NCBI GenBank assembly: GCA_964035545.1
Contig: OZ037769.1
Location: forward strand, 17,514,633 to 17,578,632
Origin: Bugula neritina
Lineage: Eukaryota > Animalia > Bryozoa
Direction: 5' to 3'
Length of the DNA stretch: 64,000 nt
A program made the translations under genes and the position numbers. Positions 52,801 to 63,327 of this stretch are shown piece after piece. The notes below the pieces were generated by a model. The model did no database searches and was not told where the DNA came from. It saw nothing but the letters and a program-made list of their open reading frames with translations. Every line of letters begins with the position of its first letter. The stretch's first letter is position 1.

Positions 52801-55800
52801 ACCGCTGGGCCAGGTGTCGGGATCAGGGTGAGTCATATTTACTACTGTGGTGAGTCATGCTCACTGATGTGCTGCTTAAAGGTGTGATGTTAATGTTACT
52901 GTTGCCCAGGTAACAGGCACTAGAACTATCTGGTGAATAGAATACAGACTGTCTATGGTAATTTACTTGTAGAAGTTGTGCAGCGGTTGGCCAGTACATA
53001 GACATGTATAACGTCATTGACCGTACATCCAGGTTTGCTGATCAGCAGAAACTGCTGGATGAGGAGAGAGGTAATGCTAAGAGAGATGCTGTAACACGGG
53101 TGAATAGGAAGTCCAGCAAAGAGCAATGCCATAAGAGAGAAGGCTCTAGAGCAGCTCACAGAGAACCAACTGTGACAGGGTCAGAAGTTCATAACTCGGC
53201 AGGTAGAAGTAACCAGAGAGAAGAGTTACCTGCGGATAGTGAGAATGAAGTAGACGAAAGACCACTGGCTGCATCTGCATTTGAAGCATGGCAAAGGACA
53301 GACAATGAACAGACGTCCCCTCTGGAGCAGAATGTGGGGGCGGGTTACCAAAGGCAGGTGGCTAATGCAAGTAGATACTTACCTGTCTCGGAGAGAAACC
53401 CTACTGGCCACCAGACTAAGGGCAAGGTGAGAGACTCGTATAATATACCGTAATACACTGATGTTACTGTAGTTACTGTAGTCACTGTAAGCTATGAGTA
53501 CAACTGGGGTGGTGCTGTAGTCACTGTAAGCTATGAGTACAACTGGGGTGGTGCTGTAGTCACTGTAAGCTATGAGTACAACTGGGGTGGTGCTGTAGTC
53601 ACTGTAAGCTATGAGTACAACTGGGGTGGTGCTGTAGTTACTGTAGTCACTGTAAGCTATGAGTACAACTGGGGTGGTGCTGTAGTCACTGTAAGCTATG
53701 AGTACAACTGAGGTGGTGCTGTAGTCACTGTAAGCTATGAGTACAACTGGGGTGGTGCTGTAGTCACTGTAAGCTATGAGTACAACTGGGGTGGTGCTGT
53801 AGTCACTGTAAGCTATGAGTACAACTGGGGTGGTGCTGTAGTCACTGTAAGCTATGAGTACAACTGGGGTGGTGCTGTAGTCACTGTAAGCTATGAGTAC
53901 AACTGGGGTGGTGCTGTAGTCACTGTAAGCTATGAGTACAACTGGGGTGGTGCTGTAGTCACTGTAAGCTATGAGTACAACTGGGGTGGTGCTGTAGTCA
54001 CTGTAAGCTATGAGTACAACTGGGGTGGTGCTGTAGTCACTGTAAGCTATGAGTACAACTGGGGTGGTGCTGTAGTTACTGTAAGCTATGAGTACAACTG
54101 GGGTGGTGCTGTAGTCACTGTAAGTTATGAGTACAACTGGGGTGTTGCTGTAGTCACTGTAAGCTATGAGTACAACTGGGGTGGTGCTGTAGTCACTGTA
54201 AGCTATGAGTACAACTGGGGTGGTGCTGTAGTCACTGTAAGCTATGAGTACAACTGGGGTGGTGCTGTAGTCACTGTAAGCTATGAGTACAACTGGGGTG
54301 GTGCTGTAGTCACTGTAAGCTATGAGTACAACTGGGGTGGTGCTGTAGTCACTGTAAGCTATGAGTACAACTGGGGTGGTGCTGTAGTCACTGTAAGCTA
54401 TGAGTACAACTGGGGTGGTGCTGTAGTCACTGTAAGCTATGAGTACAACTGGGGTGGTGCTGTAGTCACTGTAAGCTATGGGTACAACTGGGGTGGTGCT
54501 GTAGAACATGCCATGGTGGAAGCAGCAGAATAAAATGCTTGAAGAAAGCCGTCGCTTAAATGCTGTCGCAGAGAGACTGCAAGTCAAAAGTGAAGCTCAG
54601 ACGTCTCACCACTCTCCCATCAGGCAGCATTCTTCTCACCGACCCTCAAGCAGGCAGCAGCTCTCAGACCGGTCTCCGAGTCAGCGAGCACGCTATTCAT
54701 TGTCTCCAGAGTCTCAAACAGCTGACGTAAGTTTTCAGAAAACTGAAGTACAGACCAAGTAATTTATCTATATGCTGACTTTGATATGCATAACTTTGTA
54801 TCAACTGGTTGAGATATACATGTATGTGACTAGGGAGAGAGACAGCAAAGGCAGCATGTCTCTCCGTACGCCAACTACCAGTTGCCATATGAGGAGACGC
54901 AAGTGGAGCAAACCATGACCAACAGATCGGAAGATAAAGCCCGTGATCTCTCGGAAGGTCACTATGCTCAGATACGTAAAGTTACCAGTCCCACACACCT
55001 CGGAGGTCAGATGAACTCACAGGCCAAGGAGCTGCCCCCTTCACCTCAGAAACCTTTCAGGTGGGTGACGGTTTAGTCCAGCAGACTCTTCTTGTGTGTT
55101 GGCTGTTTCCTGTGGCCATAGCCCTAGTATCCTTACATGAGCCGGTGTTTTAGATACTATGAAGAAGAAACGACTTTCACAGGACCCCACCCGGCTGCAG
55201 ACAATCGTACTTACTACGACCCGTACACTGAGCAGCCCGAGTCAAGATCCCCAGCCAATCAGCTTAGAGAGAGTGGAGGGCCAGCAGCCAATCAGCATAG
55301 AGAGAGTGGAGGGCCAGCAGCCAATCAGCATAGAGAGACTGGAGGGCCAGCAGCCAGCTTCTCTCCCAACTACCAACACACACTGCCAATGGTAAATTCA
55401 ATGAGTTGTGGTAGACATACAGCTCTGTGGAATATATCTCTAGCAGTAACTTGTATCATAGCTAATGGCAATGTGAGAGAATGCTGCTTAGTAGGGCTTT
55501 GGTAGTCTGTGTGTCAGTGTAAGTGTGTCAGTGTAAGTGTGTCAGTGTAAGTGTGGGAGTGCAAGTGTGGGAGTGTAAGTAAGAGTGTAAGTAGGAGTGT
55601 AAGTAGGAGTGTAAGTAGGAGTGTAAGTCGGGCAGTGTAAGTGTGGTAGTATAACAAATACAATGCATTTATTTTTTCAGCAGCAGGGCTATAATGGGGA
55701 GTCAAACTACAACGTGGAAAGGGTGACTGCACCGGAATTTAGGTGAGTGTTTATAAACGAAACAACTACATATATGTACTATAACTGTTAACTATTGGTT

Positions 55801-57734
55801 ATACTTACTCTTAACTGTTAACTGTTAGTTATACTCACTCTCAACTGATACCTGCTAACTATTAGATGCACTCACTCTGACTGTTCACTGTTAGTTATAC
55901 TCACTCTCAACTGTTCACTATTAGTTATACTCACTCTCAACTGTAGGTTATACTCACTCTCAACTGTTAACTATTGGTTATACTCACTCTAAACTGTCTA
56001 GTAGTGATACCTTGTCTGATTAAAGTTGATTACTTCCAACTCAACACTGCAGACTAGTCAACAAAGTAATAGTTATTGAGGTTATACATGATCTTTAATA
56101 TGATTGCAGCAGATACCAGCCTGGCCATCAGCCTGGCTACCAGCCTGGCCATCAGCCTGGCCACCAGCTTGGCCATCAGTCTGGCCATCAGTCTGGCCAC
56201 CAGCCAGGCCATCAGTCCGGCCACCAGCCAGGCCATCAGTCTGGCCATCAACCTGGCCTAGAGTCTGGACCTTGGCCTGGCCACCAGCCTGACCAACCAC
56301 CACTAGGGTTCATACAGAAGAGCTACGGTGGCCAACCGACAGAGCGCCACTATCAGCGTGAGGAATACCGACCTCAGGCACCTGGCTATCACCAGAGTGA
56401 AGTGCGTAACCCACCACCCGCGCAGAGCCATATACAGAGAAGCTATTCCCACTACCCACCTAGCCATAGAACCCGGCCACGCCCCCACAACCAATACAGA
56501 GGCTATCCTAGTCAACCATATAACCAGGGCCCCCAACTAGGTAACTATGCCAACCAACCGTTTAGTCATGGCCTTCTCGCAGGTAACAGAACACAACCAG
56601 AGAGTCACCTGTCCAGTAGCCATAGACACCCGTCAGCTGTACCAAACCATCACTCCGTGCATCACGGCTCCATGCCCCAAGGCTTTCATACCAATCAGCC
56701 ATTCATGTTCTCGGGTGGTGGAGAGTTGGATGGGAGAAGTCATCTTATGGCCAACCAAAGGTCTGCAAGTTATAGAGATCAGTGGCGTTCGGCTACAGTA
56801 GACAGACACATGGGAGTTCGTAGACACATGGTAGGCACTGCAACCTGTTTTACATTACCTCCTGACTGTGGGTATGCTGTGCGTGGTACGAAGTAAATAT
56901 ATGTGTTATACATGTGTAGCTACATGTGTGTGTTATACATGTGTAGCTACATGTGTGTGTTATACATGTGTAGCTACATGTGTGTGTTATACATATGTAG
57001 CTACATGTGTGTGTATGTGTTATACATGTGTAGCTACATGTGTGTTATACATGTAGCTACATGTGTGTGTTATAACGTACATGTGTATGTACCTACTTTT
57101 TAGCCATATAGCATCAGGACGACTGCAAGTCACAACGAACTAGATCGACTGGGTTACAGGTCAAATATTCCGCACTATGATGGTGCTGCTTCCAAGTTGT
57201 TAGACCCACACTTGCCTTACCATCGGGGGTACCCTACACCTCCCCACACACTGGTGAGTAGCCTTGGTTCTATCATACATGCAGAAAGGCGAGTGATATC
57301 TAGCAGCTACACTGTATGTATTGATGTTGTAGCAAAAGCAAAGACCAGATGTGATTCTAAACCAGGAGAGCTCACAGAGAAACAGTTCCAACAGAGAGAA
57401 CAGAAATACAAGAGGACAGCGTAACGCCAACCGAGCAAAGCAGAAATCAGAAGCAAAGACAAACCAAAAGGTCTCTGCCAAACCGAGTAAAGCTAAGAGT
57501 AAACCACTGAAAGCTAACAATGAGAACATTCAGCAAGTCGAGACATTAAGGGGGGTTGTGGGGAGCCCCCTTCCTGATTTCATACCTATTCAACACATGC
57601 AGGCTGCTCTGCCTCAACCTCAATACAATGACAAGATGTACAGCCCTCCAGTCAGCACACCAAACTCTTCAGACCGAGGCAGGCCTGGGGTTAGTGTCAT
57701 GTTTAACCCCTGGTTGGGGGCCACAGACTTCTAA
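37848..57734 (+). CDS. Large low-complexity, probably disordered protein of unknown family, ~1757 aa. Exons 37848-37866, 38426-38578, 38694-39133, 39209-39471, 39590-40058, 40160-40615, 41887-42041, 42672-42972, 43075-43161, 43246-43343, 51292-51490, 52670-52827, 52973-53426, 54505-54726, 54834-55060, 55154-55391, 55681-55742, 56110-56830, 57104-57253, 57333-57734
   Basis: Twenty GC-richer segments bounded by AG/GT chain into one open frame of 5274 nt, from MEGCQSEDVP to ...PWLGATDF*. Rich in S/E/R/Q/P; no globular domain recognised. Confidence 0.75.
37885..38410. repeat. Intronic minisatellite, 38-bp unit TACTACTAACTAACAGTACAACTCAGTGTATTACTATA
   Basis: About 14 copies filling intron 37867-38425. 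Confidence 0.95.
40624..41880. repeat. Intronic minisatellite, ~24-bp unit TGTTACAGTAGAGTTACACTGTAT
   Basis: Fills intron 40616-41886. Confidence 0.95.
42050..42588. repeat. Intronic minisatellite, 38-bp unit GAATATGTTGATATCCTAGCACTCTAATATCATACATA
   Basis: About 14 copies starting a few nt after the donor at 42042. Confidence 0.95.
43437..44014 (+). repeat. 5' LTR
   Basis: Identical by eye to 50227-50804; TATAAA at 43825-43830, AATAAA at 43911-43916. Confidence 0.97.
44016..44035 (+). promoter_or_regulatory. Primer-binding site complementary to the tRNA-Leu 3' end
   Basis: TGGTGGCAGCGGTGGGATTC, 1 nt after the LTR, is the complement of ...GAATCCCACCGCTGCCA-CCA of metazoan tRNA-Leu(AAG/TAG). 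Confidence 0.85.
44066..44965 (+). CDS. gag: Gypsy Gag (capsid plus one CCHC zinc knuckle)
   Basis: 299-aa ORF; PTFGGDGDVEQFIKEFE...LRACLTGRA; CWECGMPGHVRRHC. Confidence 0.95.
   Translation: MAPGDPAPEAAAPPALTIEALVTALQGLRGQGQAAPGDRYRLQPPTFGGDGDVEQFIKEFEDVAATAEWPVRVRVLQLRACLTGRARNFALGPDEAHILRALRARFGLTTEEASDQLQVMRRDRRTSLEDHANEVERLAQAAFGHATGDDRKRLVFNAFFRSVNHPDLQRYWLAAKVKSLDEALEMGKAYFQVEEPRRANYAARQVAGDAEEVPPTPQVAAAATPSPEQTQLNMLMSMMKGLQATVTELQRNQTDRRAPRSRDDPVRPPMPTCWECGMPGHVRRHCPKGQKPLNTRGSR
44941..44984 (+). promoter_or_regulatory. -1 programmed ribosomal frameshift signal
   Basis: T TTA AAC heptamer in the gag frame (44941-44947), 6-nt spacer, stem GGCTCACGG/CCGTGGGCC; pol is open in the -1 frame. 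Confidence 0.85.
44941..50040 (+). CDS. pol: Gypsy Pol polyprotein (protease, RT, RNase H, integrase with GPY/F, long C-terminal extension)
   Basis: LLDTGC; WRFCVDYRRLN, LPFGL, YLDD; LDTDAS; HKQAH...CEVC, VDLVGP, HTDQG, GNGVVER; KLQPKFVGPY; no internal stops. Confidence 0.97.
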   Translation, partial: FKHPRLTVNSATRGPHANPVRDRTRKTTEETSPESTYIEWHANRRSRRPKGLPDPPALPLDTRMELEETGWQAPRRSRRPQGLPDPPAWPLRNRFAGLPEEVVEEDSAYSQEYSKLPSRPQKTPVVSKTKRRPAVRTQVVSPPETDRSRSTQPYGSSYFLPGKISGKAATFLLDTGCTTNLLSRRLFDTLGARERASLEPYEGAHGTLADGSCIPFYGVISLPGRVRDQAVHETFIVSQLKEDAILGMPFLEKHQCHMDFQKSVVVMAGKELVCVDKFGRPLVGGVQVVRDCTVPGRSQATLRCRVNCKEIAGLGMVEGTHGAIRLANSLNRLDCRQELLVQCINPFTEPVQLSAGALVGKYHSIQEADVGPALETVADNQGNPPHTRREAVPEHLADLYGGACGNCTSSTERQVLAQLLAEYSDVFSRGDGDMGLTKVISHEIPLAADTTPIRQPTRRLGPEKEKEVSRQVQDLLDRDLIEPAHGAWSSPVVLVKKKDGSWRFCVDYRRLNNATIQDAYPLPRIDESLDALAGSKYFSTLDLLSGYWQVPLSPDAQDKAAFITRDGLWKWKVLPFGLTSAPATFQRLMEQVLSGLHWKTLLIYLDDVIVISPDFSTHVSRLREVFDRLRAAGLKLKPSKCALLQPEVTYLGHVVGRDGVATDPEKVQAVKEWTVPRDLPELRAFLGLVGYYRQYIPRFAGVAQPLNRLTAKGVRWQWTQEEQQAFDHLKQRLMEAPILAYPDPAKEYILDTDASDHSVGAVLSQVQGGSEVVVAYYSKTLAAAEKNYCTTRKELLAVVKAVKHFRPYLYGKSFRLRTDHASLIWLCKRAEPSSQVARWLEILAEFSYRIEHRAGRKHGNADGMSRRPVEDCKQCLHIEQRDGGPARLDVEAGLVEGTTYQWEHGHLRTETHQDGVQALHANPTLHQNVKELCRLQETLPGAVADIFRAKKEGRRPSEEQQRQGDVEFQLLCRRWDALKVSPDGLLMITLAADNRQQKRDRVVCPRALRRELIWDTHKQAHAGVSRVIRCLRLRWYWPGMTRDVRLRVRQCEVCQASKHGRPTETTGRRRLYAGRPWQVVAVDLVGPMPLSARGNTWILVLTDHFTRWADALAIPDATAPTVARTLDQHVFCYLGLPEQIHTDQGAQFQSQLMGDLCRIWGVNQSRTTPYHPQGNGVVERNNRMLGDALRSLLLGRGQEEWDVVLPQIMRAYRSTPHSATQETPNFLMLGRETRVPEHLTYHVPAPESPVHEYVEGLMDIMGKAHDALRTQQWQTRTEDSEEPPLYQVGDWVWMVSYRRRRGQSAKLQPKFVGPYCVVEVLPNHTYRVERSGQVSVQSEQRLKPYHASPDAVGQAPPLLEPHRQPNRRGRATQPREVEIMVPREADQEQAALIEQLERQQREEREQEQRQALGPPPSLGEDTPTPVLGEGGDPPTRVAQEPPTPPVPVPIERSQRSRRPPRYLADYAVGHLEWPPHEDNPLSTDDHPILAGNSLHHPGEFHQEEDFTQLARELQLKLNCNPDTPKYNLNTVIQTLASAMGVTSPDTQTEERKDTEEASRSDSPPPPAPVSAPRSQQYDTPSSEVCSASVSGPDPEPVELQLTAGEEQGTLYGDHLAGRDEEDPPILAMPRALVARQYWISGAPGNQIEEQTQPTHPQLPRHGQSMALPYRECVLDSAIEAWSHILDPSTEEIESLVHHL
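50227..50804 (+). repeat. 3' LTR
   Basis: Preceded by polypurine tract GGGGGGAGAA (50217-50226). Confidence 0.97.
50805..51262. repeat. Intronic minisatellite TATAGTATATAGTACTCAGTTATAGAG(TAGAG), continued from 43362-43436
   Basis: The same array lies on both sides of the Gypsy element. Confidence 0.9.
51665..52635. repeat. Intronic minisatellite, 27-bp unit TGTTCTCTATTCTCTACCACACTAGTA
   Basis: About 36 copies. Confidence 0.95.
53465..54504. repeat. Intronic minisatellite, 36-bp unit TCACTGTAAGCTATGAGTACAACTGGGGTGGTGCTGTAG-type
   Basis: The last unit ends exactly at the acceptor AG (54504). Confidence 0.9.
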
Positions 57735-58289
57735 CCAGGCTTTATACTACTGTAATATTTTAGGGAGATGCTATGATAAACTTGGCTTTGTAGAGTTGCA
57801 AGTTTCTTGTTTAAGAGTAAGCTCTACTAGCCACACTCAGAGTAACATGAGTATGGGGAGATAAACCATAACTGAGGAGTTTATTGTTAAGATCTGAAGC
57901 TAAAAGCTGGAAATAAATAGCCAGTGGATTAGACACTAACTTTATAAATATTAGAAGTTATTGGTATAGTTGCATAGAAGGTATATATTATCATGGCGTA
58001 GTTTATGCTTTGCTTAGCATTTGTATACATGACTTGTTAATTTCATGATTTGCATGTAATTTTTTACACCCAATAACCAACTCTGGATAAATATGAACGT
58101 AAATGTTTTGATATCAAAAGAGATGTATTAGAGGTTGGGTTCACTTTATAGCTAAGTAAATGTTCACTTTATTTTATATATTATATTTAAATACAAAGCC
58201 TAGAACACTGGCAACAAAGTATAAAATTAAGCAGTTCATCTGAATACACTGAATGACAAAAGAGCATTTATATAACATTACAGTCTAAA

Positions 58290-58512
58290 ATAGTACAGTG
58301 AATGTCTCCAATAGTACAGTGAATGTCTACAATAGTACAGTGAATGTCTACATTAGTACAGTCAATGTCTACATTAGTACAGTCAATGTCTACATTAGTA
58401 CAGTGAATGTCTACATTAGTACAGTGAATGTCTACATTAGTACAGTCAATGTCTACAATAGTACAGTCAATGTCTACAATAGTACAGTCAATGTCTACAA
58501 TAGTACAGTCAA
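58290..58512. repeat. 21-bp minisatellite in the FKBP 3' UTR (TAGTACAGTCAATGTCTACAA)
   Basis: Starts ~10 nt after the FKBP stop codon. Confidence 0.9.
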
Positions 58513-58522
58513 TGACCAGAGA

Positions 58523-61491
58523 TTAGAGTTCATCATGCTTAGGTCCTGAGAACTCATCAAAAGATATTTGACCATCTTTGTCTTTATCCTCGTGCTCCAT
58601 AATTTCTGCTATAATCTGCTGAGAGTTTATGTTAGCAGCATCTGCTTCAGACATGCTGGCTGTCTGCTCCTTGAAGTAGGAGGCCAGCTGCAAGAGTTTA
58701 GTAAATCATCTATACTGTGTACTATATACTGTATACTGTGTACTATATACTGTATACTATATACTGTATACTATATACTGTGTACTATATACTGTGTACT
58801 ATATACTGTATACTATATACTGTGTACTATATACTGTGTACTATCACGGGCTTTCCATGAATCGATCTCAGCGAAATCAATTCATGGAAAGACGTCAAAT
58901 ATCAACCTCCATCGATCTGAGCTGGTCGGTCTGTAGAGCTCGAACTCAGATCGATCTCAAGGCAATAAGACCTTGGAAAGACGAAGGATCGATCTGAGAA
59001 GTAGAAAAAAGTATGTTTGCTAAAATGTTGTCGGGTAATAAAAATGATAAGCCATTGTTAATTACTAAGCAAATTACTTAATAACTACGATAGCCACATT
59101 TTCAGATGCCAAAACTTTGAGTTTTTTTAATCGTAGTACTGAAAGTCAATTATATAAAATTATAGATGGTAGGAGGTACAAAAATAGTAGCATTTAAATT
59201 GAATTTAAATGGCTAGTAAAACTTATTTTCATTAGCTATTTGCTGCGTAATTCCAAGCCTAACAATCCTGTAAGTTTGTGAATAATCTGCAAGACAGCTA
59301 TTAATTTTATATAAGCTGTCAAGCTAAAAAATTAAAATTGATTACATTATAAATTGGTTAATTTACTTCACGCTAAAAGATTTGCTGCGTATAGTTTATA
59401 GCTGGCGTTAATTTTTAGACTGCAACAATCTTGTTTTCTAATCAAAGTAGCTTTAATCACCCAGGTGGGAGAAAAAATTACCTTTAAAAAATTTATTCAC
59501 TAAAGAGGAGGCAACTACGCAAGATCGATCTGAGATCGGTCCATGGAAAGCCGGTGTATATCTACACTGTAATAGTATCTGTTAACTGTATTACTATATC
59601 TACACTGTATACTATATCTACACTGTATACTATATCTACACTGTACACTATATATACACTGTAAAGTATATCCCAACCTCGTCAGAAGTGAGGTGAAGGT
59701 CATTATCAGTGTCAATTATTTTGAATATATTTTCCTGCTTTGGACCGTCTGTGATGGAGAGGAGCTCCACGTCAAAGATGAGAGTGGCACCAGGGGGAAC
59801 CGCATCACCTTGAGCACATAATTAATACCTTAACATATATAGTATATCCTACCTTTACATATATAGTATATCCTACCTTTACATATATAGTATATCCTAC
59901 CTTTACATATATAGTATATCCTACCTTTACATATATAGTATATCCTACCTTTACATATATATAGTATATCCTACCTTTACATATATATAGTATATCCTAC
60001 CTTAACATATATAGTATATCCTACCTTTACATATATAGTATATCCTACCTTTATATATATAGTATATCCTACCTTTACATATATATAGTATATCCTACCT
60101 TTACATATATAGTATATCCTACCTTTACATATATAGTATATCCTACCTTTACATATATAGTATATCCTACCTTTACATATATAGTATATCCTACCTTTAC
60201 ATATATATAGTATATCCTACCTTTACATATATATAGTATATCCTACCTTAACATATATAGTATATCCTACCTTTACATATATAGTATATCCTACCTTTAT
60301 ATATATAGTATATCCTACCTTTACATATATATAGTATATCCTACCTTTACATATATAGTATATCCTACCTTTACATATATAGTATATCCTACCTTAACAT
60401 ATATAGTATATCCTACCTTTACACAGTATAGTATATCCTACCTTTACATATATAGTATATCCTACCTTTACATATATAGTATATCCTACCTTAACATATA
60501 TAGTATATCCTACCTTTACACAGTATAGTATATCCTACCTTTACATATATATAGTATATCCTACCTTTACATATATAGTATATCCTACCTTTACACAGTA
60601 TAGTATATCCTACCTTAACATATATAGTATATCCTACCTTTACATATATAGTATATCCTACCTTTACATATATAGTATATCCTACCTTAACATATATAGT
60701 ATATCCTACCTTTACACAGTATAGTATATCCTACCTTTACATATATATAGTATATCCTACCTTTACATATATAGTATATCCTACCTTTACACAGTATAGA
60801 CAGTACACAGGGTGAGGTGAGACAGTACACAGGGTGAGGTGGGACAGTACACAGGGTGAGGTGGGACAGTATACAGGGTGAGGTGGGGGTTAGATGGGAA
60901 AGGATGCGTATCTCACCTGCTCCCTGGTCACCATACGCGAGGTGGGGTGGAATAGTGAGACGTCGCTTAGAGCCGGGGCACATTCCTAGAAGCCCTCTGT
61001 CCCAGCCCTGAATCACCTGACCATGTCCCAGCACAAAGTCAAACGGAACATCCCTGTCCCGACTAAAAATGAAACAGTTTCAGTTATAGAGTACTAGTCA
61101 GATAATAGTATAGTGATACTCAGTTATCACTCACCTAGAGTCAGAGTTATAGTATAGTGATACTCAGTGATCACTCACCTAGAGTCAGAGTTATAGTATA
61201 GTGATACTGAGTTATCACTCACCTAGAGTCAGATAATAGTATAGTGATACTCAGTTATCACTCACCTAGAGTCAAACTTATAGTATAGTGATACTCAGTT
61301 ATCACTCACCTAGAGTCAAACTTAGTTCCATCTGTCAGAGTGCCAGTATAGTGCAAACTTAAGTTGTCTCCTTCTGCAGATTTCCTCTCACAATCTGTGA
61401 CTTCGTGCACATTTTCTATCTGTAGATCTTCCAAACCGTGAATTTGTGACGCGGCCACGGCCAAGAGGGCAATTATCAGAATATTCTCCAT
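58523..61491 (-). CDS. FKBP14: ER-luminal FK506-binding PPIase with two EF-hands (FKBP14/FKBP7 type), 207 aa. Exons 61310-61491, 60917-61062, 59678-59808, 58523-58687
   Basis: Signal peptide; [16 protein letters not shown]; [13 protein letters not shown]; IPPHLAYG; TLIFDVELL; EF-hands [12 protein letters not shown] and [13 protein letters not shown]; C-terminal HDEL. Confidence 0.92.
58845..59556. mobile_element. 712-bp MITE with CAC termini (CMC/CACTA-like)
   Basis: TIR CACGGGCTTTCCATGAATCGATCTCAG / CTGAGATCGGTCCATGGAAAGCCGGTG; 3-bp TSD TAT (58842-58844, 59557-59559); subterminal ATCGATC repeats. Confidence 0.8.
59825..60795. repeat. FKBP intronic minisatellite, ~23-bp unit ATATAGTATATCCTACCTTTACA
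   Basis: Fills most of intron 59809-60916; a second GGTGAGGTGGGACAGTACACAG array follows at ~60800-60890. Confidence 0.95.
61095..61324. repeat. 43-44-bp repeat containing the exon-1 donor site of the FKBP gene
   Basis: Five copies of GACTCTAG|GTGAGTGA on the minus strand. Confidence 0.95.
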
Positions 61492-63292
61492 CCTCTAATG
61501 TACTACGTCTACTTAGAAATATCAATATCACCTAAAGTCATTCATTTTCCATGCTTTAGCAATCGAGCAATTAGGATCACAAAATTCAAAGCGACAAAAT
61601 TTATTATCACAATGACAACCACATCATAAATATCTATCTGCAATTAAACTGGGAAGATGGTAATTATTAAACTAGTTGAAGTATAATAAAAATTAGCACG
61701 AATAAGATTTTGGAATAACAATAGTTAGTTGGTTATAGAGTTAGACCTAGAAGTAGATATACTTATAGTGATACTCATACTTAATACACTATCGATGTAT
61801 CATACTCATAGTCCTAGAGGCTAGAAGTTTCAAGTACTAGCATATAATTATACAGTTATATTGATATTCACAGTGTTATAATTATATGAATCAGAATATC
61901 ATTAAATTTAATAAATGTCATTAATTCAAGATTTAATCATTATAATTATGATTATAAAAATTAATATTAAATTTCAATTTGATATTCATATTATTAAATT
62001 TAATATAAATATTATTAAGGATATTCATACTCAATATCATACTCATAGTGATAGTTCTTACTCATTGTGATTGACATTGAATTGATTTTCATTTCCATTC
62101 GGCATCCCCATCCTCATACAAAATGAAAATGAAAATCATTCTGAAAGAGTTTGAAAGTGAATATCAAAAAAAATACAAAAGGAATATTTATATTATCAAT
62201 TATTATTGCTATTAGTTATAAGTATTAGCATAACAATAACTATAAGTATAAGTATAATTATTACTATAACTATAAGTATAAGTATAACTATAAGACTAAG
62301 TAGAGTAGTAGTACTAGTACTACTAATAGTACTAGTACTAGTAGTATCATAATGATAATGATAATCAAGTATGAAGCAAATTTAATGAACAATAAAATTA
62401 TTTTGAAGTTTTAACTATTAAATAATTATTAGCTAGAAAAGGATAAATAACTATAACTAAAACTAAAAATTCAAGTTAAGCATTGATGGATTTTTAAGCA
62501 GTAATAATGAATATTAATATTATATATGCCAAATCCAAATTGAATTAAACTTTAAATAAAATGCTACGTGTGAAACGTGTCAATAGCAAGAAAGCAAAAT
62601 TGTTGAAAGATCGCTAGCTTGAGGGTAATAAAAAGAGGTCAATCCGTGGTTCGACTTTTAAACCTTCTTACCCCCAAAGTTGAGACCGTCAACCACTGCA
62701 CTTAACAACCCCAAATTTTGTGTTGCATCAAACAATTTTCAAAATAGTCCGCTAGTATAATTCTATAAGCAGCTCCAAGCTGGTGGTGAAGGACGATTTT
62801 AGTTCGGGTCTGACGTTTGGGGTTATGTCCCGACTCCAAACTTTTTTTTGATAAAAACTGCGCTGTTATCACAGTCTACAGCATGAATAATTTGTTAAGA
62901 CGAGCTACTTTGATAAGTCATAAGAATATTATGGTTATTCGCTGGTTTGTTTTTAAATCGCTTTCAGCAGCACTGAACTGGTACCCACAGAGGTTAGGGA
63001 ACTCATGTTGTTATGTGGTTCGGAAAATGATGTGGACGCAAAACGCTGTACTCACTCGTGCTGCTTTTAGCACTATTTTTTTCTTGAAAGCAGTGAGATG
63101 GTTTATTAGCTCCGACTATTCTTCTTTCATTCTTTAGCTCTAAGGTTAATGTCAAGGTGAATAAAAGCAGCAGACGTCAAACATTTTAAACACAATTTCA
63201 CGGTTTTATATTTCGCAATTATTTAAGAAGTTTCGCTGCACTATTGAATATTATTACCACAGCAAATTTGAATAATCCTAGTTACCAACCTA

Positions 63293-63327
63293 ATGGCCGA
63301 GGATTATGAAGAAAATGATTATTATTG
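63293..63327 (+). CDS. Possible first coding exon of a gene extending beyond the window (MAEDYEENDLL)
   Basis: ATGG start and a consensus donor GTAAGT at 63328; nothing else supports it. Confidence 0.3.

Noticed and set aside
51662-54587. Repetitive ORFs VVENREHTS / MFSILYHT / STTPVVLIAYSDY
   Set aside because: They are stop-free readings of intronic arrays whose unit length is a multiple of three; the surrounding gene splices across them in phase.
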